Shown here piece after piece: positions 11,925 through 25,106 of a stretch of 64,000 nt of DNA (its first letter is position 1; the number at the start of each line of letters is the position of its first letter). The position numbers were made by a program, and so were the translations under genes. Where the stretch lies: positions 40,424,001 to 40,488,000 of the forward strand of contig NC_043006.1 in NCBI RefSeq assembly GCF_006345805.1. Direction: 5' to 3'. The notes beneath the pieces were generated by a model. That model was not told the DNA's origin and searched no databases. It saw only the letters and a list, made by a program, of their open reading frames with translations. This stretch comes from Octopus sinensis. Lineage: Eukaryota.

Positions 11925-14508
11925 TATGAATATGCACATATACATACATGTATATGTGTGTGTGTATATATATATAATACACACACAATCTATAACCCTT
12001 CCAATTGCTATAGATCCGCAATGCATCTTATAGCTGTGCCTGTCACCTGTATGCTGAGGAATCCTACATTGGGGAGAGGTAATGACTAGGGTAGGGTAGG
12101 TGACTGCTTATTGCGATCATTCGTCTTTTGGTTTCCTGTAGCTTTGCTCTCTTTTATAAACCCAGTGAACATACATATATTTCCTATTTCAAAGAAATTT
12201 GAACAATAGATATAAGACCCAAGTTAAAAAGATTCTCAACAATTCAACTTCTCTGGTTGACATTAAAACACCCATCCACAATAGGGCCCTTATCTCCCAC
12301 ATTTTAGAGCTCCATGATCTCCATTTTTCAGGAGCAAAATCCTTTTAACAGGTTCCATAAGACTGGAATTTTGGAATCTGCACATAAAGATCAGTCATAT
12401 GGAATACACGTGTCATGATTAGAATTTTTTTAGGGCATGTAAAGAGGGAAAGAACCCTCACCTGCAAATTTGATGAAATTCGAATCATAGATATTCCAGT
12501 TCATTAGAGAAAATATAACAGAAAAGTCTAATTCTTCAATTGCATGTAACCCGAACAATGCCAGGTATCTCTGCTAATATTATAATAAATTCATAGCATC
12601 CCCCAATCAACTGCCTTCCTCCCAACACCTCCTTTTTCTCTACTGCCCCACCTCACCTCCTCCTTAGGCACCAGCGCTCACATGGACCGTCTCAATCCCC
12701 AACAGAGTGGGGGCAGTGGCACCCACTTTGAGAAACTATGGTTTAGAGCATAGGTGACAGACAAAAGTTATAATTTACTGTACAGTTCTAACTGGTGAGG
12801 TCTGTACATGTCACCACTGTTCCATTGACATTTGACTTTCAATAGATGGAGTGACAAATGAAGTCACAATAAAAAGACATCTTTAAGTTAATGGATTATA
12901 AATGATACATGCTTGTACAACACAAATACCTCTCCCTGGGTCTCCATGATTAGTGCATGCTTACATACAAAGAAAGCTAATTTCAAATTCGATGACTGGC
13001 ATCCGTGCTAGTGGAGCGCTAAGCGAACCATACGAGTGAGATCAGGGCCAGAGCAACAAGCTGGCCTCCGAGCCGATGGCATGTTAAAAATACCATGATC
13101 GTTACTTGCATCGTCTACTGGCACTTGTGCTGGTGGCACATGAAAAAAAACATTCAAGCAAAGTTGTTGCCAGTGCCGCTGGACTGGCTACTGTGAAGGT
13201 GGCACATAAAAAGCAATATTTGAGTGTGGCCATTGCCAGTACTACCTAACTGGCCCTCGTGCTGGTGACACGTAAAAGCACCCATTACACTCTCGGAGCG
13301 GTTGGTGTTAAATGATGATGATGATGATGAAGACTACAGATTCAAACCATCAATGGACCTGTCAAAATATGTAAAGCTGTTCAAAATATTAAGCATATAA
13401 GCACATATACGCATCTCTAGATATGCACGAATAAAACAGAACATACAGATTTGCTGGTACACTGGCTGAAAATATCTGCATATATACATTCATACATGCA
13501 TGAATACCCTATTGTTGCTGAAATTCCAATGAACCTTGAATATAGGTTAGAAACTAGCTCTTTCTCCTTTGCAAATAATCTAGAGATGCTCTCTTTTACT
13601 TGTTTCAGTCATTTGACTGCAGCCATGCTAGAGCACTGCCTTTAGTCGAGCAAATCAACCCCAGGACTTGTTCTTTGTAAGTCTAGTACATATTCTATCG
13701 GTCTTTTTTGCTGAACTGCTAAGTTATGGGGATGTAAACACACCAGCATCGGTTGTCAAGCGATGTTGTGGGGACAAACACAGACACACAAACATATATG
13801 CACACAAATACATATATATATATATATACATATAGACGATGGGCTTCTTTCAGTTTCCGTCTACCAAATCCACTCACAAGGCTTTGGTCAGCCTGAGGCT
13901 ATAGTAGAAGACACTTGCCCAAGGTACCACACAGTGGCACTGAACCTGGAACCATGTGGATGGTAAGCAAGTTACTTACCACACAGCCATTCCTATGCCT
14001 ATAAAACTAAATAGCATACAGACAGACAGACGAGCAAATGACTACGCTGGGCTTTTTTTAGAAAAGAACTCTACTAGCTAGCATACACACTACAAATACA
14101 ATCCGTAAACAGGACAAATAAAAATATGGAAGACTTTCTGAAGTTCGAAATACGAATTTGTTTTTATCTATATTCCATCAGTGGAGCTTTGTAACTTTGT
14201 TAGAAACCAACTCCTTCCTTACAGGAAGACTTCAAATAGCTAGAAATAGAAGAGAACTTACATGTATACATACAGATAACGTGTGAAAGAAAGGAAGTAA
14301 AGATAACATTGAAGTTATGAAGAATAATAGTCTAGAAAGAAGGTGAGGAAAGAAGAAAGACTAATATTAATGAAATGCAACTTGAAGGTGAGGAATTCTT
14401 ATGTATTTATTTATTCCTGTAGATTAGCATGCTTTGTGAACATGATCACATCTCTGATCACATGTATATATACAGTTGTCCTCGTCGGGTTGCCATTCAT
14501 TTGTAAAA

Positions 14509-14587
14509 ATGTTGTTCAGTCTGATGACTCCGTTTACATTGTTCCTAACCTTGTCGATGGGAATATCATCAAAAGCTGTTGAGCCAC
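14509..14587 (+). CDS. SRCR gene exon 1: signal peptide
   Basis: AAAAATG start, MLFSLMTPFTLFLTLSMGISSKAVEP, then a strong phase-1 donor C|GTGAGT that joins in frame to 17105. Confidence 0.75.
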
Positions 14588-14829
14588 GTGAGTGATGTTT
14601 TTATCCTTTTTTCCCCTTCTTGTTTCTTCGTTGTTTTTATTAGTTTTTTTTTTTTACATCTGAAGTCTATCATGAGCCCTAAAATTCATAAGCCCAGAGA
14701 TTAAGCCGATTTCTGGGGTGTATAAGGGACTGACATTACAACACTCTCCTCCCTGAATAGGATGCTGGTTCATCCCACGGTTAGCTTCCCAGTTATTGTT
14801 GGAACTCTTTTACAGCTGAGTGGACTGGA

Positions 14830-15170
14830 GCAATGTGAAATGAAGTGTTTTGCTCAAGAACACAATGCATTACCCGGTCCAGGAATTGAAACCACAATCT
14901 TACAATCATGAGTCCAACACCCTAACCACTAAACCATGCACCTCTACAAGCAATGTGAAATGAAGTGTTTTGCTCAAGAACACAATGCATTGCCCTGTCC
15001 AGGAATTGAAACCACAATCTTACAATCATGAGTCCAACACCCTAACCACTAAACCATGCACCTCTGCAAGCAATGTGAAATGAAGTGTTTTGCTCAAGAA
15101 TACAATGCATTGCACCATTCAGAAAACAAAATCATGTTCTTATGATCGTGAGTGCAACACTAGAAAACCA
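14830..15170 (-). repeat. 120-bp tandem repeat (two full copies plus one diverged) of a SINE tRNA head
   Basis: GCAATGTGAAATGAAGTG at 14830, 14950, 15070; minus-strand A box TGGTTTAGTGG and B box GGTTTCAATTCC. Confidence 0.85.
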
Positions 15171-16344
15171 TTATGCCATATGCCTTCACTGATTTTAAAT
15201 CGTTCTTCCATTATTTCTTTTTCGCTTTCCTTTTTCTACATCAAATACAAGTGCTTTCGTAAACCCAAAGCTGACTTTTAAAATTTGAAATTTATGAAAG
15301 ACGAGCAAAACGCCCCCTGTCCAATGGACGGTGTTGAGTTGTCAAACATTTAAACCAAATCTTCTCAAAACAACTTGTCTGACCGTCCCATAGGCCTCCT
15401 CTTTGAGAAACACTGATTTAACCTAAATTTAAGACACCAGTAAAAGACGGATTTCGACTGATGTACTTGCACATACAAATGCACGTTCCCACGGCTTTAT
15501 CGATCGCATTCTCCCATGGAATCGATTTTTGTAATTTTTTCAAGACTTATACATGCCCTGATACCGTTGGTATCTACATATCAAATTTGAGAGCAATTGG
15601 ATGGAGGATGCCTGAGATCCTAGAAGACACACACACAGATAGACAGAACGGATTTTATATAACAGATGATGAACTGGCAGAATCATTGCAGTGCCGAAAA
15701 AAAGCTTAGAAGCATTTCTTCCAACTTTGCATTCTGAATTCAAATATCACTGGGGTTGACTTTGACTTTCATCTTTGAAATAAATACAAGTCGAATAGTG
15801 AAGCCAATGTAATTGTCTTATTCCCTATGCCAAAATTGCTGGCCTTGTGCCAAAATTTGAAATCAATATTTCAAATTTATGTTATTTAGCAGAGAAATGC
15901 CATATTTTCATCTGGATGGAATGTCTCGCTATCTTAAACAATTTCCCTAGTAGATCGATACATATTCCAAGTAAGATGAATTGAGATGTAGAATGTTGAA
16001 TAAAGCAACCTAACTTTAGTGGATATGAACATGTGATACCTTAAATTTGTTGCATGTATATGTATGTAACAGAGGAAATGACTTGCTGGTAACAATGTTT
16101 GATCATTTTTCTTTCATTTATTTGGAAAGGGGATCTTTCCCGAAATATTATAAGATTATTTAGCGACTTATGTACGGCAATAAAACAGTTTTATCTTTAT
16201 TTTCACTTATCAACATCATCATACATGTTTTGATTAACTTCTCATGTGTATTGCTTATAGGTTTTGTTTCATGTTCCCTTGAATCTTATAAAATTTATTC
16301 TGTCAACAGCTCTGTGTGTGTGTGTGTTTCTTAGATTGATAAGT

Positions 16345-16680
16345 AAGAAAATAAATATATACCCTTATGAACTAAGCTTAGGTTTCCACAAGTTTTCATC
16401 AGTCTTTCAAGTGCTTAGAACTCTCTTGATAATCCTTGCTATCCCTAAGAGACAAACTTTCAGTAGGAGTTCTACCAGGAATTCTATTCCAATCTCCTTC
16501 AGCCATTTGTCTATATCTTTGCTTACTGTTCCAAAAGCACCAATTATTATAGACACGACCTTTACAGTTCTCATACACCAAATTCTTTCTATTTCAAATT
16601 TTAAGGGATTGTTTTTCATTTTTTTTTTGTCCTCTTTCTTTTTGATCCTGGAACCAAACGAGCATGAAGGGTCAATTATT
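16345..16680 (-). mobile_element. 3' end of an RLE-type non-LTR retrotransposon (R4/Dong-like)
   Basis: IIDPSC..KEDKKK..LKFEIERIWCM..VVSIIIGAFG..WLKEIGI..LLGIARIIKRVL; 5'-truncated against an (ATC/ATT)n tract. Confidence 0.75.
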
Positions 16681-16701
16681 ATTATCATTGTCATTATTAT
16701 T

Positions 16702-16733
<32 letters not shown>

Positions 16734-17104
16734 TATTATTATTATTGTTGTTGTTGTTATTATTATTTAAAACAGTTTCATTCATCCCTTAGCGTGTTGT
16801 AGGCTTTGGGCTGCATGAAACCAAATCAAATTGTTTTAAATAATGATACATGTAACTCTTACTAAAAGTGTTGAGTGCTTCTTTTTTGACCACACACCTG
16901 TAAGTCTGTGTGTGTGCGTGTGTGTGTGTGTACATGTCCACGCAGTGTGTAAGTATGTCTCTTCTATTTTTAATCCTTTAAATTCTTCTTCTTCTGAAGG
17001 AGCTGATGTCAAACAAAGACACAAAGCTCCATTTTCAGAATATAGATAATGAAAACAATATCAGATTTTAAACCTAATATTCATCTATAAATGCATTTTT
17101 GTAG

Positions 17105-17252
17105 TTGAGAAGGGAAATGTAAGACTTACTGGAGGAAGGACTCCAGCAGAAGGTCGAGTTGAAATATATTTCAATGGCAGCTGGGGAACAGTCTGTGACG
17201 ATTCCTGGGACGACAGTGATGCTCTGGTCGTATGCCGAATGCTTGGATACAG
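17105..17252 (+). CDS. SRCR domain 1 exon A
   Basis: [48 protein letters not shown]; AG/GT bounded, phase 1-2. Confidence 0.93.
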
Positions 17253-18453
17253 GTAAGAAGACGGAGATTTAGTAAAACTTTATTTTAACCCATCTACTGT
17301 GGTTACCTCTGTAAAATGTCAGATACTTAATAGAAAACAATAATAGCACAATAATATGTTAGTATTATTTTCGAGTGTAAAAAAAGTGGGGTAATATTTC
17401 AGGTATGAACGTTTTGGACATCATTGACTTCTGGCACAAAACGGAAGTAATTTTACTTATAAGACATCAACGTTCAAATTTGTATATACCGGATAGCATT
17501 ACTCTTTATTACCATTTATATTTGTCAAATATATTACAAAGCAGTAATTAAGACAGTTTAATTAATACTAGTAGTCACAAATTTCATCAATTGGCTCGTA
17601 AAGTATTATTTACACATGTTAACAATACTGGAATTACCGAATGATAAAAAAAATTCTGAGGTTCAGTACATATTTTATGTCTGTAAAATATACTTAAAAA
17701 TGGCACATACACACACACACACACACATACATACATACATACATACATACATACAGGTACAATGGATAAATTGTCACCATTTTATATTTTCAATTTCATG
17801 CATGCACATTGTTTGTTTTTGATTTTGTTGACTACACAGTATAGTAGGGTCAGTTGGGCAATGTCTGTGAGAAAAACAGCACTATGATGCATTTCACTCT
17901 GCCAGAAATTTTTTGAAACATGCTGTACTGCTTAGCATTCACACCGGCATATGGATTATGAAGTGATGAAACATCTGTTTAAGTAGTCAAATGTGTACAA
18001 ATTTTGCAAAAATCTTCCTTTAAAAGTGCATTTCAGTATTTTTAAAATAGAATTCTGCTTCATTGCTATTTGCACAAGTAACCATGGCTTCATAGGTTAT
18101 AAAGACATATGCTGCTGAAAGGAAGGACAGAGTTTTTGTAATCACATGCTTTGTTCATACTGGAAAGATGATTGTCCTTGTTTCTACCAGATACTCAAGA
18201 AGCGAAGATTTTCATGAAACTGTAGCTCGCCACAACATGATCTACTCTTATACTCTTTTACTTGTTTCAGTCATTTGACTGTGGCCATGCTCGAGCTCTG
18301 CTTTTAGTTGAGCAAATCGACCCCAGGACTTATTCTTTGTAAGCCTAGTACTTATTCTATCGGTCTCTTTTGCCGAACCACTAAGTTACAGGGATATAAA
18401 TATATACGTATCTGTGTGTGTGTGTCTATATATATATGATTTGTGAATTGCAG

Positions 18454-18617
18454 TGATGGTGTAGCCTACAGAAAGGCAAAATTTGGAGAAGGTTCTGGAC
18501 CTATTTGGTTAGACGAGGTACAATGTGATGAAACAGAATATAACATCGAAGATTGCCTACAGAACGTTTATGGAGATCACAACTGCGACCATTCATCAGA
18601 TGCCGGTGTTCTTTGTA
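18454..18617 (+). CDS. SRCR domain 1 exon B
   Basis: DGVAYRKAKFGEGSGPIWLDEVQCDETEYNIEDCLQNVYGDHNCDHSSDAGVLC; phase 2-1. Confidence 0.95.
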
Positions 18618-18790
18618 GTATGTACTTTCCTTTCTTTCTAGCTTGCATGACTCCAGATGGAGCACTGATCTTTATGTGTGCAAGTGTGTGTACATACGCA
18701 CACAGACGCACATTTATATATACATGCATTTGTACATCTATATATATATATACATGTATGTATGTATGTGTATATATATATATATATGTA

Positions 18791-18837
<47 letters not shown>

Positions 18838-18890
18838 AGATAAAAAAAATGCAAGGCTGTGAAAGTTTTTAAAGCATGTATAAAGAGAAG

Positions 18891-18938
18891 GTCTTACAAC
18901 TGTTTCCGGGATATTTTATATATCTCTTCATCAGAGAC
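18891..18938 (-). ncRNA. Minimal type I hammerhead ribozyme motif
   Basis: Minus strand GTCT CTGATGA AGAGATAT-ATAAA-ATATCCCG GAAA C AGTT G TA AGAC: intact core, GUA site, stem I GTCT/AGAC. Confidence 0.7.
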
Positions 18939-19105
18939 AGTGTGAGAAAATGTTTAAGTAATAGTTATTATAGAGAAGATATGAAATACAGAGTAAATTA
19001 GAGGAATGATAACAGATGTGAGATATGTAAGGATGTTGTATCTGCAGTTAGATTATTTAAGCAGAAAGGTGTATACATAAGTTTCGTGTACCTTGTGTGT
19101 GAGTT

Positions 19106-19140
<35 letters not shown>

Positions 19141-19141
<1 letters not shown>

Positions 19142-21416
19142 GTTTAAATATTTGTTGTGCAAGATTTTTTATGTGAAGTCGTGTGTTGAAACAGATATTG
19201 TTATATTCGGAATGGTCATATTGCCAGTTTAGCCAATAAAAACACACGCACTATATATTTGGTGTTATTTTGCTTCAGTGATATTTATTTTTTACATTAA
19301 TCTTAATCTTATTTCGGCCAAAGTTCTTTCGTCACACTCCTGTGACCGCATCAGTGGTCCTTTGTTTTCTTCTCACTTACTTGTGTCTCTCCTTACTATC
19401 CGTCAGCCATTTTGTATTTCTATTGTATGTCTTCATTTGCGCATGCTTATATCTCTATGTGCGTCTATGTTTATTTAGTGTGTGTGTGGGGGGGATGCCT
19501 GTAATATTTTGTATCTTCTGGTTATATACATTCTTGTAATTTGTATTTTGTTTTTGTTGTTGTTGCTTTTGTTCTAATTTTGTTCATGTGTTTACATCCA
19601 CCCATTATTATCATTACATATGCTTGTATGTATGTATAACAACAATATTAGTAATAATAATAATAAATCTAATCGAAAAAAAAAAAAATAAATAAATAAA
19701 TAAAAAGAATATACATATATATATACATATACACATATATACACATATACATATATATATACATATATACACACATATATACACATATACATATACACAT
19801 ATATACACATATACATATATATAGATATTCATTTTTATTTCTTTCATTACCTGTGTATTTATTATGTTTGCAGGATCCACCATTGTCATATGTTGTGGTG
19901 TGCGCTATTGCTCCATTCTAGTTTTCTATTCAGGCTAGGTTATTTTCTATTATATGTGTAGCTTCTGTAATTTGTCTAATTGTTGCATCTGTTCTATGTG
20001 TGGACAATATCTTAATCTCTATGTTATTGATTGATCCCCCGTGTTCTTGTTCGGCGTGTTGGTACAGAATCGATGCGCTTTTACCTTCCTTGAGTTGTCT
20101 CCAATGTTCATTCACCCGCTCACCAATGCTTCTTGCAGTTTCCCCTACGTATGTTACTGTCTTGTTACTGCATCGTCCCTCTATACATCTTATACTATAG
20201 ACCACATTTCTGGCTTTACAGTTCGTTTGTGGTGAACTAGCGTACCGCTTTAGAAGGACCCTAGATAAACTTAAACTAAGAATTATGGTTGTTGAAAAGC
20301 CAGGCAACCCTATCAGATCTATAATTGGTAGAAGCTATCCTTTTAGTAGAACTCTCTGTACGGATAACTATTGCACTGTATGTAGATTTAGCCCACAAAC
20401 GAACTGTAAAGCCAGAAATGTGGTCTATAGTATAAGATGTATAGAGGGACGATGCAGTAACAAGACAGTAACATACGTAGGGGAAACTGCAAGAAGCATT
20501 GGTGAGCGGGTGAATGAACATTGGAGACAACTCAAGGAAGGTAAAAGCGCATCGATTCTGTACCAACACGCCGAACAAGAACACGGGGGATCAATCAATA
20601 ACATAGAGATTAAGATATTGTCCACACATAGAACAGATGCAACAATTAGACAAATTACAGAAGCTACACATATAATAGAAAATAAACCTAGCCTGAATAG
20701 AAAACTAGAATGGAGCAATAGCGCACACCACAACATATGACAATGGTGGATCCTGCAAACATAATAAATACACAGGTAATGAAAGAAATAAAAATGAATA
20801 TCTATATATATGTATATGTGTATATATGTGTATATGTATATGTGTATATATGTGTGTATATATGTATATATATATATGTGTATATGTATGTATATATATA
20901 TGTATATTCTTTTTATTTATTTATTTTTTTTTTTTTTTTTTTCGATTAGATTTATTATTATTATTACTAATATTGTTGTTATACATACATACAAGCATAT
21001 GTAATGATAATAATGGGTGGATGTAAACACATGAACAAAATTAGAACAAAAGCAACAACAACAAAAACAAAATACAAATTACAAGAATGTATATAACCAG
21101 AAGATACAAAATATTACAGGCATCCCCCCCACACACACACTAAATAAACATAGACGCACATAGAGATATAAGCATGCGCAAATGAAGACATACAATAGAA
21201 ATACAAAATGGCTGACGGATAGTAAGGAGAGACACAAGTAAGTGAGAAGAAAACAAAGGACCACTGATGCGGTCACAGGAGTGTGACGAAAGAACTTTGG
21301 CCGAAATAAGATTAAGATTAATGTAAAAAATAAATATCACTGAAGCAAAATAACACCAAATATATAGTGCGTGTGTTTTTATTGGCTAAACTGGCAATAT
21401 GACCATTCCGAAATAT

Positions 21417-21424
<8 letters not shown>
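19141..21424. mobile_element. Penelope-like element, two 5'-truncated copies head to head (about 1.03-kb inverted arms)
   Basis: + strand frame from 20231 GELAYRFRRTLDKLKLRIMVVEKPG..CTDNYCTVC..NVVYSIRC..YVGETARSIGERVNEH..LYQHAEQEH..EATHI..NKPSLN (GIY-YIG endonuclease C-terminus). Arms 19195-20232 and 20393-21424, both ends in (TA)n. Confidence 0.88.
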
Positions 21425-21486
<62 letters not shown>

Positions 21487-21688
21487 TTATATATATATAT
21501 ATACATACATATATACAATGGGCTTCTTTCAGTTTCCGTCTACCAAATCCACTCACAAGGCTTTGGTCAGCCCAAGGCTCAAGCAGAAGACACTTGCCCA
21601 AAATGCTACAATGTAGAACCATGTGGTCGGGAAGCCAGCTTCATAACATACAATCACACCTGCGCTCATACATATATATATATATATA

Positions 21689-22071
21689 CTAGCAGTATCG
21701 CCCGGCGTTGCTCAGGTTTGTAAGGGAAATAACTATAAAGCATTTTTAGAGAGTTATAGCCAAAAAATAGCAAAAAAATGGAAAAAAATGATGGTAAATT
21801 TTTTTTTGAGATTTAAAAAAGGTAGAGTTGCGTCCCCTAGACAGTTTGTGGTTCGTATTCCTGATTCTCGACCCCATGTCGAATTTATCGATTTTTTTCA
21901 GAACTGGGGGAACTTTTCAAAATTTTCGCTGCGTTAGTTTTGAATTATGACATTGGGCTATGTGTGTGTCAAGTTTCATCAGAATCGGTTGAAAGCCGTG
22001 GTCAGGGTGAGGGTACAAGCAAACAGACACACAGAAACACGCACAGACAAACTGCCGTTTATATATAGAGA
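21689..22071 (-). mobile_element. Non-autonomous Helitron-like element
   Basis: Minus strand begins TCTCTATATATAAA and ends with hairpin CCTGAGCAACGCCGGG then CTAG; inserted in AT/TA. Confidence 0.7.
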
Positions 22072-22521
22072 TATATATATATATATATAGTTTTTCATTG
22101 AAGCCAAAGAGACTGTTACTCAGAGACTGACATGAGCAATCATCAAAGTCACGAACGGTTAGAACAATGTGCAATGGTTTATGATATTTGAGTGCTGTAT
22201 TTCCACTTTGCTCTGCACCTATGAGTGCATATGTGTGTGTGTGTGTGTGTACAGTAATCTCTTGACTATCACAGATGTTATGTTCCAAAACCCACGATAG
22301 GTGAACCACGATATGGTGAGGGATTACTGCTTGATCGCTAAATCCTCAAGCTTTTTTTTATTCTCTCTCTTTTGTATATTTTCTTATTCCTTTCTGCTGA
22401 AGAGCGTAGGCTCAAAACATCTAAAACTTTCTCAGTTTCCTGAGCATCAAACTAATACACTTGCTTGTTGTTCATACACCTATCTTTGTCTTTTGTTTTC
22501 CTTTAAATTTCAACTATATGT

Positions 22522-22552
<31 letters not shown>

Positions 22553-22559
22553 ATATATT

Positions 22560-23340
22560 AATAAATAAAACATATGCATATATATATACATATATGTACG
22601 TACATACCTCTACATGTATATATACACGCATATATGAGTACAGGACACCAAAAAAACGTCGAACACAATGAGAAATGAAAACATAGACACAAACCCAAAG
22701 AACTGGACATTTTTCTTAAACAACAAAAAAAATTGAGTACAGGACAAATAACACAAGGAAAAAACCCCTTCTTCAGTCGCCATGGTTTCATCTACTCTAC
22801 GTTTCGAAGGTGAAGGCCAGATGTATCTTCGATAGAAACTTTCCTTCCTGCGAAAAGCAAATCAAATAAAATTTGAGATCCTTTTGCAGAGGGGTACAAA
22901 TGGTAACAAAAACAGGACAGTAACGACAGTACAAAATATAAGCAGTAAAAGACAGGACAAGGAAAATAACAAGACAAGAAGGGCTGTTAAGCCGAACAAA
23001 AAAAAGTATTACGAACGCTATTTCTGTGGACGGCGAAGGGGGCAAAGAAAATTGCCGTCCACACCTCAAGAAGGTCAGGCGAGAAAGAAGGTGGTAAGGC
23101 TCTCGTCGCGGGTTAACGGCGGGAGGGAGGAGGAGGAATAAGAGAAAGGGAGAGAAGAAAGGGGAATGGTTGTGAGGAAACCAGAAAGAATGAAGAATGA
23201 GAGAGAGAGTGAAGAATGAGAGAGAGGGAGAGACAGTTAAGTAGAAGAAAAGGAAATCAAAGAATGAAGGCTGAGAAACAGTGGGGACTGAAAGGTTAAG
23301 AGTGCGCATCAAAATTAATATCAAGAACAATTTTACTTAG
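22560..23340 (-). mobile_element. Degenerate PLE-like repeat
   Basis: Same family as the fragment at 56030-56195; purine-rich tract; TA flanks. Confidence 0.4.
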
Positions 23341-23356
23341 AAAGGGATGCGTGCGT

Positions 23357-23422
<66 letters not shown>

Positions 23423-24047
23423 ATTATTATTATATATTATTATTATTATTTAATTATATATATATATAATTATTATTATTATTACTATTATTGAGTGAGC
23501 GAGCAGAGCATGCCATCAAAGTGACACTGGGGTAAAATATACGAAGCCCAGTATACCCATCATGACTACCCGTCTGATAAGGGTACACCAGGCACATGCA
23601 TCACAACCATATGTGCGCGACATGGTGATCTCATATCAAGGTAAACAGCACATGACCTTGCAGGTGGGGCCCAGTTAGAATTTTCTTCAGATCGAGTAAC
23701 CCATCCCGCTCAAAAGGTCCTTGAATAAGGGTTATTTAAGGACGTTGAACGAAACACCCATGTTTCCAGAGGTGAATTATTCAAACCCCAAAGAATCCTT
23801 CTCAACACATGGCTATGATGCTCCCCCACTACTTCTGCTCGTGATCAGAGATGCACATATCGTCAGCCACTAAGGGACATGCTCAACTGGTTAAGGTCAA
23901 ACAACTAACAAGCAAATCTGTGGTATTGAGCAGAATATTTGCTGTAGCCCATCTTTTATACCAAGACAAACAATGTACATGATAACACTTCCAATCAGTT
24001 AAGATCAGAAGGCATGAGAGCCACTGCCTGGTACTGCATCAGGGCAG

Positions 24048-24115
<68 letters not shown>

Positions 24116-24208
24116 CATTATTATTATAATTATATATATAATTATTATTATTATTACTATTATTATTATTATTCTCATTATTATTATATATATATATATA
24201 TATATAAT

Positions 24209-24251
<43 letters not shown>

Positions 24252-24276
24252 TAATAAATACACACCCATACATATA

Positions 24277-24497
24277 CGAATGAGGGGGTGCTGAAAAGTT
24301 GCTGGTTTTTGGATTATCGGGAAAGGCCTGGTTGGAGGCCCAAAACCTCCGAGTTCTTTTATAAGGCTTAGAAAACCTGTAGAACTGCTGCAAAGAGTGT
24401 GTGAATCTGAGAAGAGAATATGTTGAATAAAATCATAATTAACTGATCTTCCTGTATTTTCTTTTCCCCAAAGCCAGGAACTTTTAGCAACCTCCTG
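24277..24497. mobile_element. Mariner-type MITE
   Basis: TA|..GAGGGGGTGCTGAAAAGTT and AACTTTTAGCAACCTCCTG|TA imperfect TIRs. Confidence 0.55.
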
Positions 24498-24511
24498 TAT
24501 ATACATACATA

Positions 24512-25106
24512 GATTTACATATATATTAATATGCGTATGTATGTCTTCTGTATGTGTGTTTATTTGTGTGTGTGTATGTGTGTGTGTGTAATCCTGTTAG
24601 CGAGGGGGGAAAAAACAATTTGTAGCATGAATTTATCATAAAAATAAAGATATTATCAGAATACGATACCATCATTCTGCGGTCAAACTGGTACTTGAAT
24701 TTATACAGTTATGCACATCATTAACCAGATCTCAACACTGGGAAAACCGAAAATTAATCTACCAGTGACACCCAAGTCTCTTGAATATTGCTATCATAAT
24801 TAATCTTGATTTACATATATATTAATATGCGTATGTCTGTCTTCTGTATGTGTGTTTATTTGTGTGTGTGTATGTGTGTGTGTGTAATCCTGTTAGCGAG
24901 GGGGGAAAAAACAATTTGTAGCATGAATTTATCATAAAAATAAAGATATTATCAGAATACGATACCATCATTCTGCGGTCAAACTGGTACTTGAATTTAT
25001 ACAGTTATTCACATCATTAACCAGATCTCAACACTGGGAAAACCGAAAATTAATCTACCAGTGACACCCAAGTCTCTTGAATATTTCTATCATAATTAAT
25101 CTTGAT
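24512..25106. repeat. 296-bp tandem duplication
   Basis: 24512-24807 and 24808-25106; 3 substitutions seen; GAT microhomology at the junction. Confidence 0.9.

Noticed and set aside
14442-14501. MITSLITCIYTVVLVGLPFI as the signal exon
   Set aside because: Its donor (TT|GTAAAA) is weaker than C|GTGAGT used by the 14509 frame, which also has a better Kozak context and signal-peptide shape.
14830-15070. tRNA gene cluster
   Set aside because: A and B boxes are present, but the sequence continues into SINE body with no proper acceptor stem.
16380-16405. CTGATGA..GAAAC after the R4-like ORF
   Set aside because: No stem II pairing and no NUH site.
22397-22432. CTGAAGAGCGTAGGCTC hammerhead-like motif (also about 31622)
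   Set aside because: The core is degenerate (GAAA or CUGA lost) in both copies; at most a fossil.
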